A program made the position numbers and the translations under genes. A stretch of DNA of 64,000 nucleotides from Synechococcus sp. (GTDB lineage Bacteria; Cyanobacteriota; Cyanobacteriia; PCC-6307; Cyanobiaceae). The notes beneath the pieces were generated by a model. The model saw only the letters and a list, made by a program, of their open reading frames with translations. It had not been told where the DNA came from and ran no database searches. The stretch is from positions 1,400,203-1,464,202 of the forward strand of contig JBJBEO010000001.1 of the NCBI GenBank assembly GCA_047284725.1, in the 5' to 3' direction. Shown one piece after another: positions 22,993 to 35,088 of this stretch; within the stretch, counting starts at the first letter, position 1; the number at the start of each line of letters is the position of its first letter.

Positions 22993-23709
22993 ATGTTGCC
23001 TTCCTGGTTGACGGGTCAATCCTCTTCAGATGCAACCAAAGGCGATGACAGGCATGCGGTGCTGGGAACTGCACTGAAGGGGCCCTTGATGGACGATCAA
23101 GAGGAAGCACTGTTTGCGTGTGGTTGCTTCTGGGGTGCCGAAAAAGGGTTCTGGCGTCTTCCCGGAGTGGTGACAACCGCCGTCGGGTTTGCCGGCGGTC
23201 AGCTTCCTGACCCCAGTTACAACCAGGTCTGCAGTGGTCGCACAGGCCACACGGAAGTGGTGCGAGTGGTTTGGAGCACGCCTGCCATTGATTTCAGCGA
23301 TCTGCTCAAGCTGTTTTGGGAATGCCACGACCCCACACAGGGGGACCGTCAGGGGAATGACCGCGGCAGCCAATACCGATCAGCGATCTACACCACAACC
23401 GAGCGTCAACACGCGTTGGCCGTGGCCAGCAAAGCGGCCTATGGATCAAAGCTGACCAGGGATGGGTTCGCTGCAATCACAACGGAAATCAAGGCCGATC
23501 AGACGTTCTATCCCGCTGAGGCCTATCACCAGCAGTACCTGGCCAAGCCAGGCAGTCGCCCCTATTGCTCAGCCATGCCCACAGGGGTTCTGCTCGAGGC
23601 CTTCGAGGGCGCCGACTACAAGTTGTCCCCGAGAGTCTGGGATTTCTACGATTGGTCGATCTCCCACTGCGTGCTGAGGGGTGACAACAGTCCGATCAGC
23701 CTGGCATGA
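22993..23709 (+). CDS. msrA: Peptide methionine (S)-sulfoxide reductase
   Basis: GCFWGAE, GHTEVV, HDPTQ, GSQYRSAIY, AEAYHQQY. Confidence 0.95.
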   Translation: MLPSWLTGQSSSDATKGDDRHAVLGTALKGPLMDDQEEALFACGCFWGAEKGFWRLPGVVTTAVGFAGGQLPDPSYNQVCSGRTGHTEVVRVVWSTPAIDFSDLLKLFWECHDPTQGDRQGNDRGSQYRSAIYTTTERQHALAVASKAAYGSKLTRDGFAAITTEIKADQTFYPAEAYHQQYLAKPGSRPYCSAMPTGVLLEAFEGADYKLSPRVWDFYDWSISHCVLRGDNSPISLA

Positions 23710-23867
23710 AAACACCGTTTCCCGACTGGCTGGTGCTGACGACGATCCTCCTCACCCTGTTGGTGGTCTTTGCGCTCGCCTTCAGCCTCAGGCCCAGTGA
23801 CCCAGACGGACCTCCCTTGCTTTGGCGCACCACGCCACCCGAACGCGGAGACTCTCTTCAGATCTGA
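23706..23867 (+). CDS. 53-aa single-TM protein (MKTPFPDWLVLTTILLTLLVVFALAFSLRP...) absent from the ORF track
   Basis: ATG overlaps the msrA stop (ATGA); one hydrophobic helix; stop at 23867. Confidence 0.6.
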   Translation: MKTPFPDWLVLTTILLTLLVVFALAFSLRPSDPDGPPLLWRTTPPERGDSLQI

Positions 23868-23932
23868 CCACCGCTACTCCGCAACACAGCAACGTGCTGC
23901 CAAGGTGAACACTCTCTTCATCTGCCTGCTGT

Positions 23933-24283
23933 TTGCCTGCACCACCCGAGCCACAACAACAGCGGCGCCGGCTTCACCCGCTCCCCAAAGGTCTGGTGGA
24001 GCTTTACGGGCTCCTGGCAGTGCTCGTGGTGCTGATTCCTGAATGGCTGGCGGATGGCACCCTGTCGATGGACATCCGCAAAAGCGGTGATTCCATGCCG
24101 ATGACCACGCGGGCCTGGCGCACCCTGCCGGAATTGCAATTGGCGTCGATGAGCCTCAGTGAGCTGCGTGAACTGGCCAGACGCTGGCGAATCTGGGGTT
24201 ACAGCAGCGACCCCCGCGACCACCTCACCCAGCGCCTGCTGCATCGCGTTCGCCGTCAAAAGAGAGGGCGACATGCCTTGTGA
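23933..24283 (+). CDS. Hypothetical membrane protein
   Basis: ORF with one TM segment filling the gap before the tRNA; start uncertain. Confidence 0.6.
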   Translation: MPAPPEPQQQRRRLHPLPKGLVELYGLLAVLVVLIPEWLADGTLSMDIRKSGDSMPMTTRAWRTLPELQLASMSLSELRELARRWRIWGYSSDPRDHLTQRLLHRVRRQKRGRHAL

Positions 24284-24297
24284 TAACTTCGTTCTGC

Positions 24298-24371
24298 CGG
24301 GGCGTAGCGCAGCTTGGTAGCGCACCACTTTGGGGTAGTGGGGGTCGTGGGTTCAAATCCCGCCGCTCCGA
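24298..24371 (+). tRNA. trnP: tRNA-Pro(GGG)
   Basis: CGGGGCGTAGCGCAGCTTGGTAGCGC; anticodon arm CCACT-TTGGGGT-AGTGG; T arm GGTTCAAATCC; 3' CGCTCCGA with no encoded CCA. Confidence 0.95.
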
Positions 24372-24397
24372 TTCCGTCCACCTGATCACCCCAGCGA

Positions 24398-24427
24398 AAG
24401 TTCCTCCGAAGGAGGAGCTTTTTTTTT
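24398..24427 (+). terminator. Rho-independent terminator after the tRNA
   Basis: AAGTTCCTCC-GAA-GGAGGAGCTT followed by a T-run. Confidence 0.8.
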
Positions 24428-24431
24428 GCCT

Positions 24432-24770
24432 TCAGCTCTTCGTCTTGCGATGGGTGGGAGGTTGCGGTTCAGAGGACTGTTGATGCGCGCACGTCAGTCG
24501 GGTTGAAGCGGCGTAGCCTTTCAACCAGCGATTCACGCGCACCCGCTGAGAGGGAGGAATCTCGCCCAGAATCTGGGAAAGCTCCAGGGCTCCAAGCCGC
24601 TTGAGTTCTCTCACATCCACATGCCATAACTGTTCCGCCTCACGGATCAGACGCGCCCAGGTGCGCACCTGCTGCCACATCTGCAGTCGCAGCCTGGGTA
24701 GATCACCCTGCACTCCACTGGAGGGGCAGGGCTTTCTCCGGCGATGGATCTTGTGAGGTAACGCAGCCAT
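24432..24770 (-). CDS. Hypothetical protein
   Basis: ATG ORF of 112 aa in an otherwise empty interval. Confidence 0.6.
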   Translation of the reverse strand: MAALPHKIHRRRKPCPSSGVQGDLPRLRLQMWQQVRTWARLIREAEQLWHVDVRELKRLGALELSQILGEIPPSQRVRVNRWLKGYAASTRLTCAHQQSSEPQPPTHRKTKS

Positions 24771-24848
24771 GACACCAGCCTGAAGAGCAAACGGCCATGC
24801 GCCTCAAACCTTCTGGGAGGCTTCCAAGTGATGAAGCAAATCCTGTGT

Positions 24849-25709
24849 TCAGGAAGCCAGCTGCAGGTCTGATTCGAGCTTCTGAACCGGGAATTCAAGC
24901 GCTTCAGCTTCGCGAACACTGAGGCGGCGTGTCCAGGCTCCAGGAACAGGGTCATTCCAACGGAAACCAGCTTCACGGGCGAGGTGACGCTGGTCGTAGC
25001 TCACTTGAGCTTTGAACAGGGCACGAGGTTCAAGACCCAGACGCACCCGCTCCTCAAGATCCTCACAACGACGAAACACCTCGGCGAGGTAAATGCAATC
25101 CGTGAGAGCGCGGTGGGCGGCCCAGACGGGAATCTCATAGGCCAGTGCCAGATCCCTCACCGATGGCCTGGCTCGCAGCTGACGGTCCTCTGGCCAGCGC
25201 ATGTCTTCCATACTGCACAGCCAGGGCTTGGTGATGGCCGGCAAAGGACCACGGCCAAACCACTGGCGATCGAAGGCAGCGTGATGGGCGACCACCACAT
25301 CGGCTGACTCCACCAGAGCCTCGAAATAGACCAGAGCCGCTTGCCAGGGCTGCGGCCGATTCGTGGCTGCAGCAGGAATGTGATTGATCGGTTCTGCAGG
25401 ATTGTCTGCAACGGGCAGAAGAAACGACAGCTGAGCCAACACCTGACGACTGGGCAGATCAAACAGAACAACGCCCACCTCAAGACAACTGTTCGATCGC
25501 GCATCCAAGCCTGTGGTTTCCGTATCCAGGATCAGCAACGTGGACACCGCCTCCGCAGGGGTTGCCTGACGATCCATGTCCGTCACGTCCTTCAGGCTGT
25601 CTGTGCTGTCGATCAAAAGGGGGTCAGGCTGCTGCCCGGCCGCTGACGGGGTTGCAAATCCCGTCAACGAGAGCAGATCGAGTTGACCGGGAGCGGACTG
25701 GGCCTCCAT
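24849..25709 (-). CDS. DEDDh 3'-5' exonuclease (DnaQ-like)
   Basis: ILDTETTGL, VAHHAAFD, AHRALTDC. Confidence 0.9.
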   Translation of the reverse strand: MEAQSAPGQLDLLSLTGFATPSAAGQQPDPLLIDSTDSLKDVTDMDRQATPAEAVSTLLILDTETTGLDARSNSCLEVGVVLFDLPSRQVLAQLSFLLPVADNPAEPINHIPAAATNRPQPWQAALVYFEALVESADVVVAHHAAFDRQWFGRGPLPAITKPWLCSMEDMRWPEDRQLRARPSVRDLALAYEIPVWAAHRALTDCIYLAEVFRRCEDLEERVRLGLEPRALFKAQVSYDQRHLAREAGFRWNDPVPGAWTRRLSVREAEALEFPVQKLESDLQLAS

Positions 25710-25835
25710 TCAGATACCTTCGCCGAGGTCCCCATTCTCAGCTCTGCTGTCTAGTCCTTGTCCGATCAGGAGGGTGGCCCTCGACCTCTCACCACAGTCT
25801 CTAGGGTGCCTGCCATTGAATCCTTGGAGCTGGCG

Positions 25836-26297
25836 ATGCCCCTCAGCGTTGGAGATCAAGCTCCCAACATCAGCCTTGAAGATCACAATGGCAACACCTG
25901 CGCGATCGGTGACCGTGCTGGCACCGCCCTGGTGCTGTTTTTCTACCCCAAAGATGACACGCCGGGATGCACGGCCGAAGCCTGTGGCTTCCGCGATACC
26001 TACGCCGATCTCAAACAACTGGGAGCTGAAGTCTGGGGCGTGAGTGGCGATGACATCGTCAGTCATCGGCGCTTTTCTGAGCGCCATCAGCTTCCGTTTC
26101 CTTTATTGAGTGACACCAACCAGCAACTGCGTCGGGCCTTCGGTGTTCCCAAAACCCTGGGATTGCTTCCCTCACGCGTCACCTACGTGATTGACGGCAA
26201 TGGCACGATTTGCCATGTCTTCAACAATCTGCTCGATGGACCCGCCCATGTCAGAGAGGCCATGCAGGTGTTGCAGTCGTTGCCATCCCAGGCATGA
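25836..26297 (+). CDS. bcp: Peroxiredoxin Q / Bcp
   Basis: FFYPKDDTPGCTAEACGFRD. Confidence 0.92.
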   Translation: MPLSVGDQAPNISLEDHNGNTCAIGDRAGTALVLFFYPKDDTPGCTAEACGFRDTYADLKQLGAEVWGVSGDDIVSHRRFSERHQLPFPLLSDTNQQLRRAFGVPKTLGLLPSRVTYVIDGNGTICHVFNNLLDGPAHVREAMQVLQSLPSQA

Positions 26298-27046
26298 GCA
26301 CTTGGCGCCGATTCGGCGACTGTTGGTGCCTCACACCGCGTAGGCCGAGAGGAATCGTTGAATTCCTGGGGGGAAGCTACCTGGCGGCCACCCCTCAGCT
26401 CAGCTATCGACGCCTGCTGGAGGGGTTGGCAGATCGGGAGTTTGCCATTCATGCCTGGAGTTACGTTCCGGGCTTTGATCACCAGCTGCAGGCACGACAA
26501 GCCTGGAGTTCCCTGAGGGAGTGCCGCACCAGATTGCAAGACCGATTGGGAGAACGCCTGCCGACCCTCAAGTTGGGGCACAGCCTGGGCTGCAAACTGC
26601 ATCTGCTAGCTCCGGATGGCGGCCGCAGCGGTCTTGGGTTCATCGGCTTGAGCTTCAACAACTTCACCGCCGACCAATCCATCCCCTTCCTGGGGGCCAT
26701 GGCTCCGAGCCTTGGGGTCAACACCGAGTTCAGCCCAAGCCCTCAGGAAACGCTGCGACTGATCCAGCGCCACTACTTGCAGACACGCAATCTGGTGGTT
26801 CGCTTTGGCAATGACCAGCTCGATCAAAGCCCGGATCTGATCGCCGCCCTGCAGGCAAGGACTGACGATGCCAGTGAACTGTGTCAGCTTCCTGGTGACC
26901 ACCTGACCCCCGCCAGCGCAGGCTTGCGCCGCCAGTTGTTGGGCGATTGGGCTGAAGGAGAGGAACGCCAGCGCCAGGTGGAGCAGCTGCACACCCTGAT
27001 CGTCGACTGGGCTTCAGGGAACCCATCCGTCGCACCAGCCAGTTAG
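26294..27046 (+). CDS. DUF1350-like alpha/beta-hydrolase-fold protein
   Basis: FLGGSY, GHSLGCKLHLL, SFNN, EFSPSP, GDHLTP. Confidence 0.8.
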   Translation: MSTWRRFGDCWCLTPRRPRGIVEFLGGSYLAATPQLSYRRLLEGLADREFAIHAWSYVPGFDHQLQARQAWSSLRECRTRLQDRLGERLPTLKLGHSLGCKLHLLAPDGGRSGLGFIGLSFNNFTADQSIPFLGAMAPSLGVNTEFSPSPQETLRLIQRHYLQTRNLVVRFGNDQLDQSPDLIAALQARTDDASELCQLPGDHLTPASAGLRRQLLGDWAEGEERQRQVEQLHTLIVDWASGNPSVAPAS

Positions 27047-27250
27047 GCAGCAGCAAGAAACCTGGTCACCGATCGAACAAGGCCTCCAGCCAATGGATCA
27101 ACGCAGGCAATCACGCTCCGACCACGAGCACACGTCAACGCGAATCAAGACCGCAACGCCTCCAGAAAACTGCACAACAACAAAAACGATGGTTCAATGC
27201 GCCAGCCAGGAAACGATTGATACAGTTAAAGCCATCGCCGACCTCAAAAA

Positions 27251-27721
27251 ATGAGCAACAATAACCACCAAATCTTGTTGCAAATTGCGCAGTTGATCGC
27301 CCTCAGTGATGGCTCAATTTCCAACGCAGAGGAAACAATGATTCTCGAGCTGCCGCAACGCTTAGGGCTCGATACCACAAGCATCGCCTCCGAGCAGACC
27401 AACCTCTCACTTGCTTCCCTAGGGCGTTCATTGCAAGAGCATGGTGATCGATGCCTAGCGGCGAAGATTGCTTGCCTCGTCGCAGGGGCATCACGGAATC
27501 CAGGCGATCAAAGCGAGATCAATGCTGATGAACGCGCCGGTTACCGAGAATTGATCAACACCCTCAACCTCAGCGAAGAGGAACTCGCCGAGATCGAATG
27601 GTCAGCCAAAGAACAGTTGAAGCAGGGGAAGACTTTGCTCCAACATCTCGGTGATGCGTTGTTTGGAGCCGGAAGATGGCCCGACCCAGCTCTGATGGGC
27701 CCAGAAATTCCCGGCCTGTGA
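27251..27721 (+). CDS. TerB-like protein
   Basis: IALSDGSISNAEE and INADER motifs of the TerB fold. Confidence 0.65.
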   Translation: MSNNNHQILLQIAQLIALSDGSISNAEETMILELPQRLGLDTTSIASEQTNLSLASLGRSLQEHGDRCLAAKIACLVAGASRNPGDQSEINADERAGYRELINTLNLSEEELAEIEWSAKEQLKQGKTLLQHLGDALFGAGRWPDPALMGPEIPGL

Positions 27722-27723
27722 GA

Positions 27724-29706
<1,983 letters not shown>

Positions 29707-29847
29707 CCAGAGGAGGGCTAAAGAGGAGGCTCGCCATTGGCCTGAGCCCTCCGCAGAGTAGTGAGCACATCCCTTCCTTCGAAACACTGCTTCGCAACTC
29801 GTCGCCGAGGTGAGAGGGTGGAGAACACTGCACGTTGACGCAGGCAG

Positions 29848-30525
29848 ATGACGACGCCAGCGGCTTGTCTGTTTGATCTCGATGGGCTGCTGCTCAACAC
29901 CGAGCCGTTGCATGGTGAGGCCTGGGCAAGGGCCGCTGCCCATTTCGGCACACCTCTACGCGCCGACCAACTGCTCCAACTGCGCGGCCGCCGACGCATG
30001 GACTGCGCCGATCAGGTGGTGGCCTGGATTGACGCAGACATCAACCGCAACGAGCTCCTGGCGATTCAACAGCCGATCGCTCGCCGGCTACTCCCCACAG
30101 CAGCAGCCAACCCCTGGGCAGAAGCTTTAGTGACGTGGTGTTCGGGCCACGGCATTCCCATGGCGCTGGTCACCAGCAGCGCGGCAGATTCAGTCGCTTA
30201 CAAAACAACAAGTCATCCCTGGATCAATCAGATCTCCACCCGCGTACTCGGGGATGACCCCGACCTCCAGGCGGGAAAACCGGCCCCGGATCCTTTTCAG
30301 CTGGCAGCCCACCGACTCGGAGTCGAAGCGAAAGACAGCTGGGCGTTTGAAGACTCAACCGCAGGGAGTGTCGCTGCCCTCGCGGCTGGATGCAAGCTCT
30401 GGGTATTAGCCCCGGAAAACACTGTCAGCCTTGATTGGACTGCATTGCCCCAAACCAATCAATGGACACGGATCGGCAGTCTTCACGACGCACTGAAGGC
30501 CCTGATGATCAGTACAGGCGGCTGA
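29848..30525 (+). CDS. HAD-family phosphatase
   Basis: [25 protein letters not shown]. Confidence 0.9.
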   Translation: MTTPAACLFDLDGLLLNTEPLHGEAWARAAAHFGTPLRADQLLQLRGRRRMDCADQVVAWIDADINRNELLAIQQPIARRLLPTAAANPWAEALVTWCSGHGIPMALVTSSAADSVAYKTTSHPWINQISTRVLGDDPDLQAGKPAPDPFQLAAHRLGVEAKDSWAFEDSTAGSVAALAAGCKLWVLAPENTVSLDWTALPQTNQWTRIGSLHDALKALMISTGG

Positions 30526-31480
30526 GCACAAATTCAGGAAGTTCCCAGAGGGCCCTGCGGCAAGGGGAGTCAGGTAGCCACTCCAACGACTCGCGCGCTT
30601 CGCGCGCAAAGGTTTCGGCCAAGGCCCTGCTGCGCTGGATCGCCTCAGAGGCACGCACCAGTTCGAGAGCCTGCTCGAGATCCCCCTCGGCGCTGAACTC
30701 TCGTTCAATCAAACCCGCCAACGACGGCTGTTCCTCCAGGGCATAAAGAGCGGGGGCAGTGAGATAGCCGCTGGCAAGATCACTGGCGGCAGGCTTGCCA
30801 AGCTGCTGGTCGCTGCCAGTGAAATCAAGGATGTCGTCCACCACCTGGAAGGCCAAACCGAGTTGACGACCGAAGTGGTAAAGGGCATCGAGCCGCTCTG
30901 GTGATTGCTCGCTGAGGACACCTGCGGCACGAGCGCTGTTGGCGATGAGAGAAGCCGTTTTGCAGTAACTCTTCTCGAGATAGGTTTCAAACGACTGGCC
31001 AGTGTCGTAGCGGAAAAGCCCCTGCTTCACTTCACCATCTGCCAGATCCATGATGACGCGGCTGAGAAGCTTCACCACCTCGAGGTCATCCAGATTGGCG
31101 AGGTGCCAGCTGGCCTGAGCGAACAGGAAATCTCCTGCAAGCACTGCAACTCGGTGGTTGAAGCGGCTGTGAACAGTGGCGACTCCACGCCTGGTGGATG
31201 CCTCATCCACAACATCGTCATGGACCAGTGAGGCGGTATGGATCATCTCGGTGATCTCAGCCAGCCGCCGATGACGTGCGGTGAGCTCACCATCGGGCGC
31301 CAGAGCGCGAGAGATCAGCAGAACAATGCCGGGGCGGATTTTTTTACCGCCGGCACTGAACAGGTGCTCCGCCGCGGCCTGGAGGATGGGATGCCCCGCA
31401 CCGATGAGACTGCGAAGATCACTGAGAAGTGTCTCGAGGTCGAACTCGACCGGCTGCAACAGCTCAGTGACAGTGGCCAT
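30509..31480 (-). CDS. sds: Solanesyl/polyprenyl diphosphate synthase
   Basis: GGKKIRP, HDDVVD, FQVVDDILD. Confidence 0.92.
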   Translation of the reverse strand: MATVTELLQPVEFDLETLLSDLRSLIGAGHPILQAAAEHLFSAGGKKIRPGIVLLISRALAPDGELTARHRRLAEITEMIHTASLVHDDVVDEASTRRGVATVHSRFNHRVAVLAGDFLFAQASWHLANLDDLEVVKLLSRVIMDLADGEVKQGLFRYDTGQSFETYLEKSYCKTASLIANSARAAGVLSEQSPERLDALYHFGRQLGLAFQVVDDILDFTGSDQQLGKPAASDLASGYLTAPALYALEEQPSLAGLIEREFSAEGDLEQALELVRASEAIQRSRALAETFAREARESLEWLPDSPCRRALWELPEFVLSRLY

Positions 31481-31520
31481 GGATCCCCTCGGTGCGGCGA
31501 TCCTAGAAGGCCCAGGCCGG

Positions 31521-32309
31521 CTATCGCAGGGTGACGGCCTCGACCCGGGGACGGGATCCAAGCCAGGGCGTGGCGCGCAAGGCAAATCCGTCGGGATCCG
31601 CCGTGACGCACAACCTGGTGCGGGCCAGAGAGAGAGGTTGATCGGGTTGCGCCGGTTCAGGTGCTCCGAGCAAGGCATCAAGCTGACGGGCCACTCCTTC
31701 GGCTGGATCGATCAGGCGAATCTCCGGCGGCAGCAGTGAGCGGAGGAGCGGTTCCAGCAGGGGGTAATGGGTACACCCGAGGATCACAGCCTCCACAGAG
31801 GCTTCCAACAGAGGAGCCAGGTAATGCAGAGCTTGCTGGCGAAGTTCCTGGCTGGCGAGATCGCCCCGTTCGATCAGAGGCACGAACGTGGGACAGGCCT
31901 GCTGCACCACGAGGGTGCCTGGATTCAAAGCTTCAATGCTGGCGCGATAAGCACCGGAGGCCACCGTGGCGGGAGTGGCCAAGACGCCGACCCGCGATTC
32001 CTGCACCATCGCCGCGGCCGCTCCGATCAGGCCAACGACAGGGACTCCGGCCTGACCCTCCGCCACGTCCCGTGCCAACGCATTCGTTGTGTTGCAGGCC
32101 ATCACGACTGTCGTCACCTGTTGCTGTCTGAGCCAGGCCACCACTTCGGCGGCGATGGTGCGGATTTCAGCGGGTGAGCGGCTGCCATAGGGAACCCGGG
32201 CCGTGTCACCGAGATACACCGTGGGGATGGGGCCATGGCGATGAAGGATGCTGCGCAACACCGTGAGGCCGCCAACACCACTGTCAAACAGGCCGAGACA
32301 CAGGCTCAT
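31521..32309 (-). CDS. murI: Glutamate racemase
   Basis: FDSGVGGLTV, ACNT, LGCTHYP. Confidence 0.96.
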   Translation of the reverse strand: MSLCLGLFDSGVGGLTVLRSILHRHGPIPTVYLGDTARVPYGSRSPAEIRTIAAEVVAWLRQQQVTTVVMACNTTNALARDVAEGQAGVPVVGLIGAAAAMVQESRVGVLATPATVASGAYRASIEALNPGTLVVQQACPTFVPLIERGDLASQELRQQALHYLAPLLEASVEAVILGCTHYPLLEPLLRSLLPPEIRLIDPAEGVARQLDALLGAPEPAQPDQPLSLARTRLCVTADPDGFALRATPWLGSRPRVEAVTLR

Positions 32310-33397
32310 TACAGCCCCTTCAGATAGTTGAGGATGCCGGCGGCAATAGCCAGCGACAACCTGCGTCGATGGCCGGCATCGGCCAGGCGAGGGGCATCGA
32401 GACGGCCTGTGACAAAGCCTGTTTCCACCAACGCGGACGGCATTGTGGTGCGGCGAATCACAAAAAAGCGTCCTCGTCGCACGCCTCGATTAGGGCTGCC
32501 AGGCGACACATTCAGAACCTGTTGCTGCACGTGGGCCGCCAGCCGGGCTGAGCGGGGATCGGAGAAGTAAAAGGTCTCAATCCCATTCACTTCAGGCCGA
32601 GACATGCTGATGGCATTGGCATGAATACTGAGGAATGCTGTTGCCCCACTGCGGTTGGCCAGGGCCACCCTCGGAGGCAAATCCACATCCACTTCAGAGG
32701 TGCGGGTCAGCACAACCTGCACTCCTCTGGCTTCCAGCAGCCTGGCCACCTGAAGCGAAACATCAAGCACCACATCCGTTTCACGCAGGCCGCGGATCCC
32801 AACAGCACCGGGATCCGGTCCGCCATGACCGGGATCGATGACAACCCGGTAGCGCCCCCGAGGCACTTTCGGCAGTCCGGAAGGATCTACGGGTGTCCTG
32901 GAGGGGGTGATCCTGATGGGCGAAGTCCAGCCACTACTTCTGCGGGTGAGATCACCTTCACCAATGGATCGCAAACCACGGGTGGGTAATCCCTGAAACG
33001 TCATGCTCCAACGGTCCACCGCCGTTCCCACGAGCTTGAGCTGGCCGGGATCGAGTTCCACACCAGGCTGGAACTCAACCACCAATCGGGTTGCGCCAGG
33101 GGTGGGTTTACCAAGGCGAATCTCTCGCACCGCCCCACTGCCGCGGATCTTGCGTGGCCGGCTCAGCTCCCCAGGAAAATCAATCCATACCCTGGGGCCC
33201 ATCGTCCGGTTGCCTTCTTCAAAAAATGCATCCAGACGGGCTCCGGTTGCTGTACGCAACTTCAGAACCCCATCACTGGTGAGTGCCCAGGCCGCCAGAG
33301 CACTGGCAGCACGAGCCGGCAGGGCCGACAGGAGGCTGGTGGCCTGCAAACAAACGGCAGCCAGCAGGGCTAGGCGACGGGACTGGGCCGAGACCAT
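32309..33397 (-). CDS. amiC: N-acetylmuramoyl-L-alanine amidase (AMIN plus Amidase_3)
   Basis: Signal peptide, IDPGHGGPDPGA, SIHANA, LVETGF. Confidence 0.9.
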   Translation of the reverse strand: MVSAQSRRLALLAAVCLQATSLLSALPARAASALAAWALTSDGVLKLRTATGARLDAFFEEGNRTMGPRVWIDFPGELSRPRKIRGSGAVREIRLGKPTPGATRLVVEFQPGVELDPGQLKLVGTAVDRWSMTFQGLPTRGLRSIGEGDLTRRSSGWTSPIRITPSRTPVDPSGLPKVPRGRYRVVIDPGHGGPDPGAVGIRGLRETDVVLDVSLQVARLLEARGVQVVLTRTSEVDVDLPPRVALANRSGATAFLSIHANAISMSRPEVNGIETFYFSDPRSARLAAHVQQQVLNVSPGSPNRGVRRGRFFVIRRTTMPSALVETGFVTGRLDAPRLADAGHRRRLSLAIAAGILNYLKGL

Positions 33398-33402
33398 GAA
33401 CG

Positions 33403-34224
33403 TCAGAACAGAGCCGACTGGCGATGCTGAAGGCTCGGCATCTGATTGCGGATGCGCTGGAGGTGACCGCGGTCCACCGGGGCAATGGCGGCTCCAGGAA
33501 CCACGCCTGCATCAGCAAGAACTGTTCCCCAGGGGTCGATCACCATGGCGTGGCCATGGGTTTGGCGTCTGCCGTAATGAAGACCGGTTTGCGCAGGTGC
33601 CACCACAAATGCGGTGTTCTCGATCGCACGCGATTGCAAAAGCACCTGCCAGTGATCCTTTCCGGTGAAGGCCGTGAATGCAGCGGGAATCATCAACACC
33701 TCAGCTCCTGCGCCACTCAGGTGGCGATAAAGCTCAGGGAAGCGCACGTCGTAGCAAATGGACAGCCCAACCTTGCACAAACCGGGCACATCCACCACGG
33801 GTGGCAGGTCACGCCCGGGGGTGACGGTGGTGGACTCGCGATAGGGGATGCCATCAGGCAGATCCACATCGAAGAGGTGGATCTTGTCGTAGCGAGCCAG
33901 GAGCTGACCATCCCGTCCCACCAGTTCAGCGCGGTTGAGCGTGTGGGAGCCATCACCGTGGGGAACAGGAAAACCGCCCCCGAGAATCACCACCTGGTAG
34001 CGGCGAGCCATGGTCACCAGGAAGCTGCTGCACTGGTCGGCAAGGGTCGGTGCCAGGGACAGTCGGGCGGAATCTTCGCCCATGAAGGCAAAGTTTTCAG
34101 GCAGACCGACCAGCTCGGCACCGCGGCGTGCCGCCAGTTCAATCTGTTCCTCAGCAGCAGCGAAATTACTCTCCGGGTCCGAGGTGCTTGTGAGTTGCAC
34201 AGCGGCCGCCAGAAAGTCGCTCAC
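33403..34224 (-). CDS. Nit1-like carbon-nitrogen hydrolase
   Basis: LPENF, YDKIHLFDV, ICYDVRFPE; GTG start at 34224. Confidence 0.9.
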   Translation of the reverse strand: MSDFLAAAVQLTSTSDPESNFAAAEEQIELAARRGAELVGLPENFAFMGEDSARLSLAPTLADQCSSFLVTMARRYQVVILGGGFPVPHGDGSHTLNRAELVGRDGQLLARYDKIHLFDVDLPDGIPYRESTTVTPGRDLPPVVDVPGLCKVGLSICYDVRFPELYRHLSGAGAEVLMIPAAFTAFTGKDHWQVLLQSRAIENTAFVVAPAQTGLHYGRRQTHGHAMVIDPWGTVLADAGVVPGAAIAPVDRGHLQRIRNQMPSLQHRQSALF

Positions 34225-34258
34225 GGAAAGGGCTTGGAAAGATTTGACTCTAGGGGGA

Positions 34259-35023
34259 TCAAGCCTTCGACTCAGCGAGGCCAACAGCTCGCAACACTCC
34301 CCGTTCCACCTGGGTGGGGACCACGTTCAATTTGTCGAGTTCAGCACAGCAACGGAAATCGGCATCGTGATCACCGATCCGAATCAGCCGTTGTCCGTGG
34401 GTCGCCTGACGCAGGCACGCCTCCGGATCAGCCTGGCACCGCTCCCACAGCACAAGAGCCGCCTGCATCTCGTCGTTGGCTGCCGTCGCCCCCTGCTCGA
34501 TCAGCAACGCAGCAAGGGCACCAGCCGCCAGGGAGTCTTCGAGGGAATAGGCGCCTTCCCACCCGCTTCCCACGATCCACACGCGTTCAGGCCTGTCGTG
34601 AAGCAAACGATCCGCCACAGCACGACGGTTGGGAAGCGCAGCGGTGAACACCTGGGCGACATCGCGCACTTTCTGCAGCGACCGGGTGCCGTTGGTGGTG
34701 CTCATGAACAGGCGCTTGCCCTGCACTACCTCAGGAGTCACCGCCACTGGGGAATTCCCCAGATCAAAACCCTCAAGGGTCTTTCCACCCCGTTCACCCA
34801 CCAGCAGGCGCTGGTCATCGGGCCATTGCTGCGCGCTGGATCGCAACGCATCGAGATCACTGAAGGTCTGCACCGCTTCAGCACCGTTTTGCAGCGCCCA
34901 GGCAATCGTGGTGGTAGCGCGCAGAACATCGATCACCACAGCCGCCTCGGCCTTGCTGGAGACTTCAACGGAGGGGACGCAGTCGGGAACGTCAGCAGCC
35001 ACGTGGAAATAGCTCAACTGCAT
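34259..35023 (-). CDS. comB: 2-phosphosulfolactate phosphatase family protein
   Basis: [28 protein letters not shown]. Confidence 0.9.
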   Translation of the reverse strand: MQLSYFHVAADVPDCVPSVEVSSKAEAAVVIDVLRATTTIAWALQNGAEAVQTFSDLDALRSSAQQWPDDQRLLVGERGGKTLEGFDLGNSPVAVTPEVVQGKRLFMSTTNGTRSLQKVRDVAQVFTAALPNRRAVADRLLHDRPERVWIVGSGWEGAYSLEDSLAAGALAALLIEQGATAANDEMQAALVLWERCQADPEACLRQATHGQRLIRIGDHDADFRCCAELDKLNVVPTQVERGVLRAVGLAESKA

Positions 35024-35088
35024 GGCCACGGTGAAGGAAGGGCGTGCGTCACAGTAACGAGGTCGCCTGCGCAGCAATCCAACGCTTT

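Noticed and set aside
24298..24430. tRNA-Pro as an island integration site
   Set aside because: No duplicated tRNA 3' end or integrase seen, and flanking genes have host-like composition.
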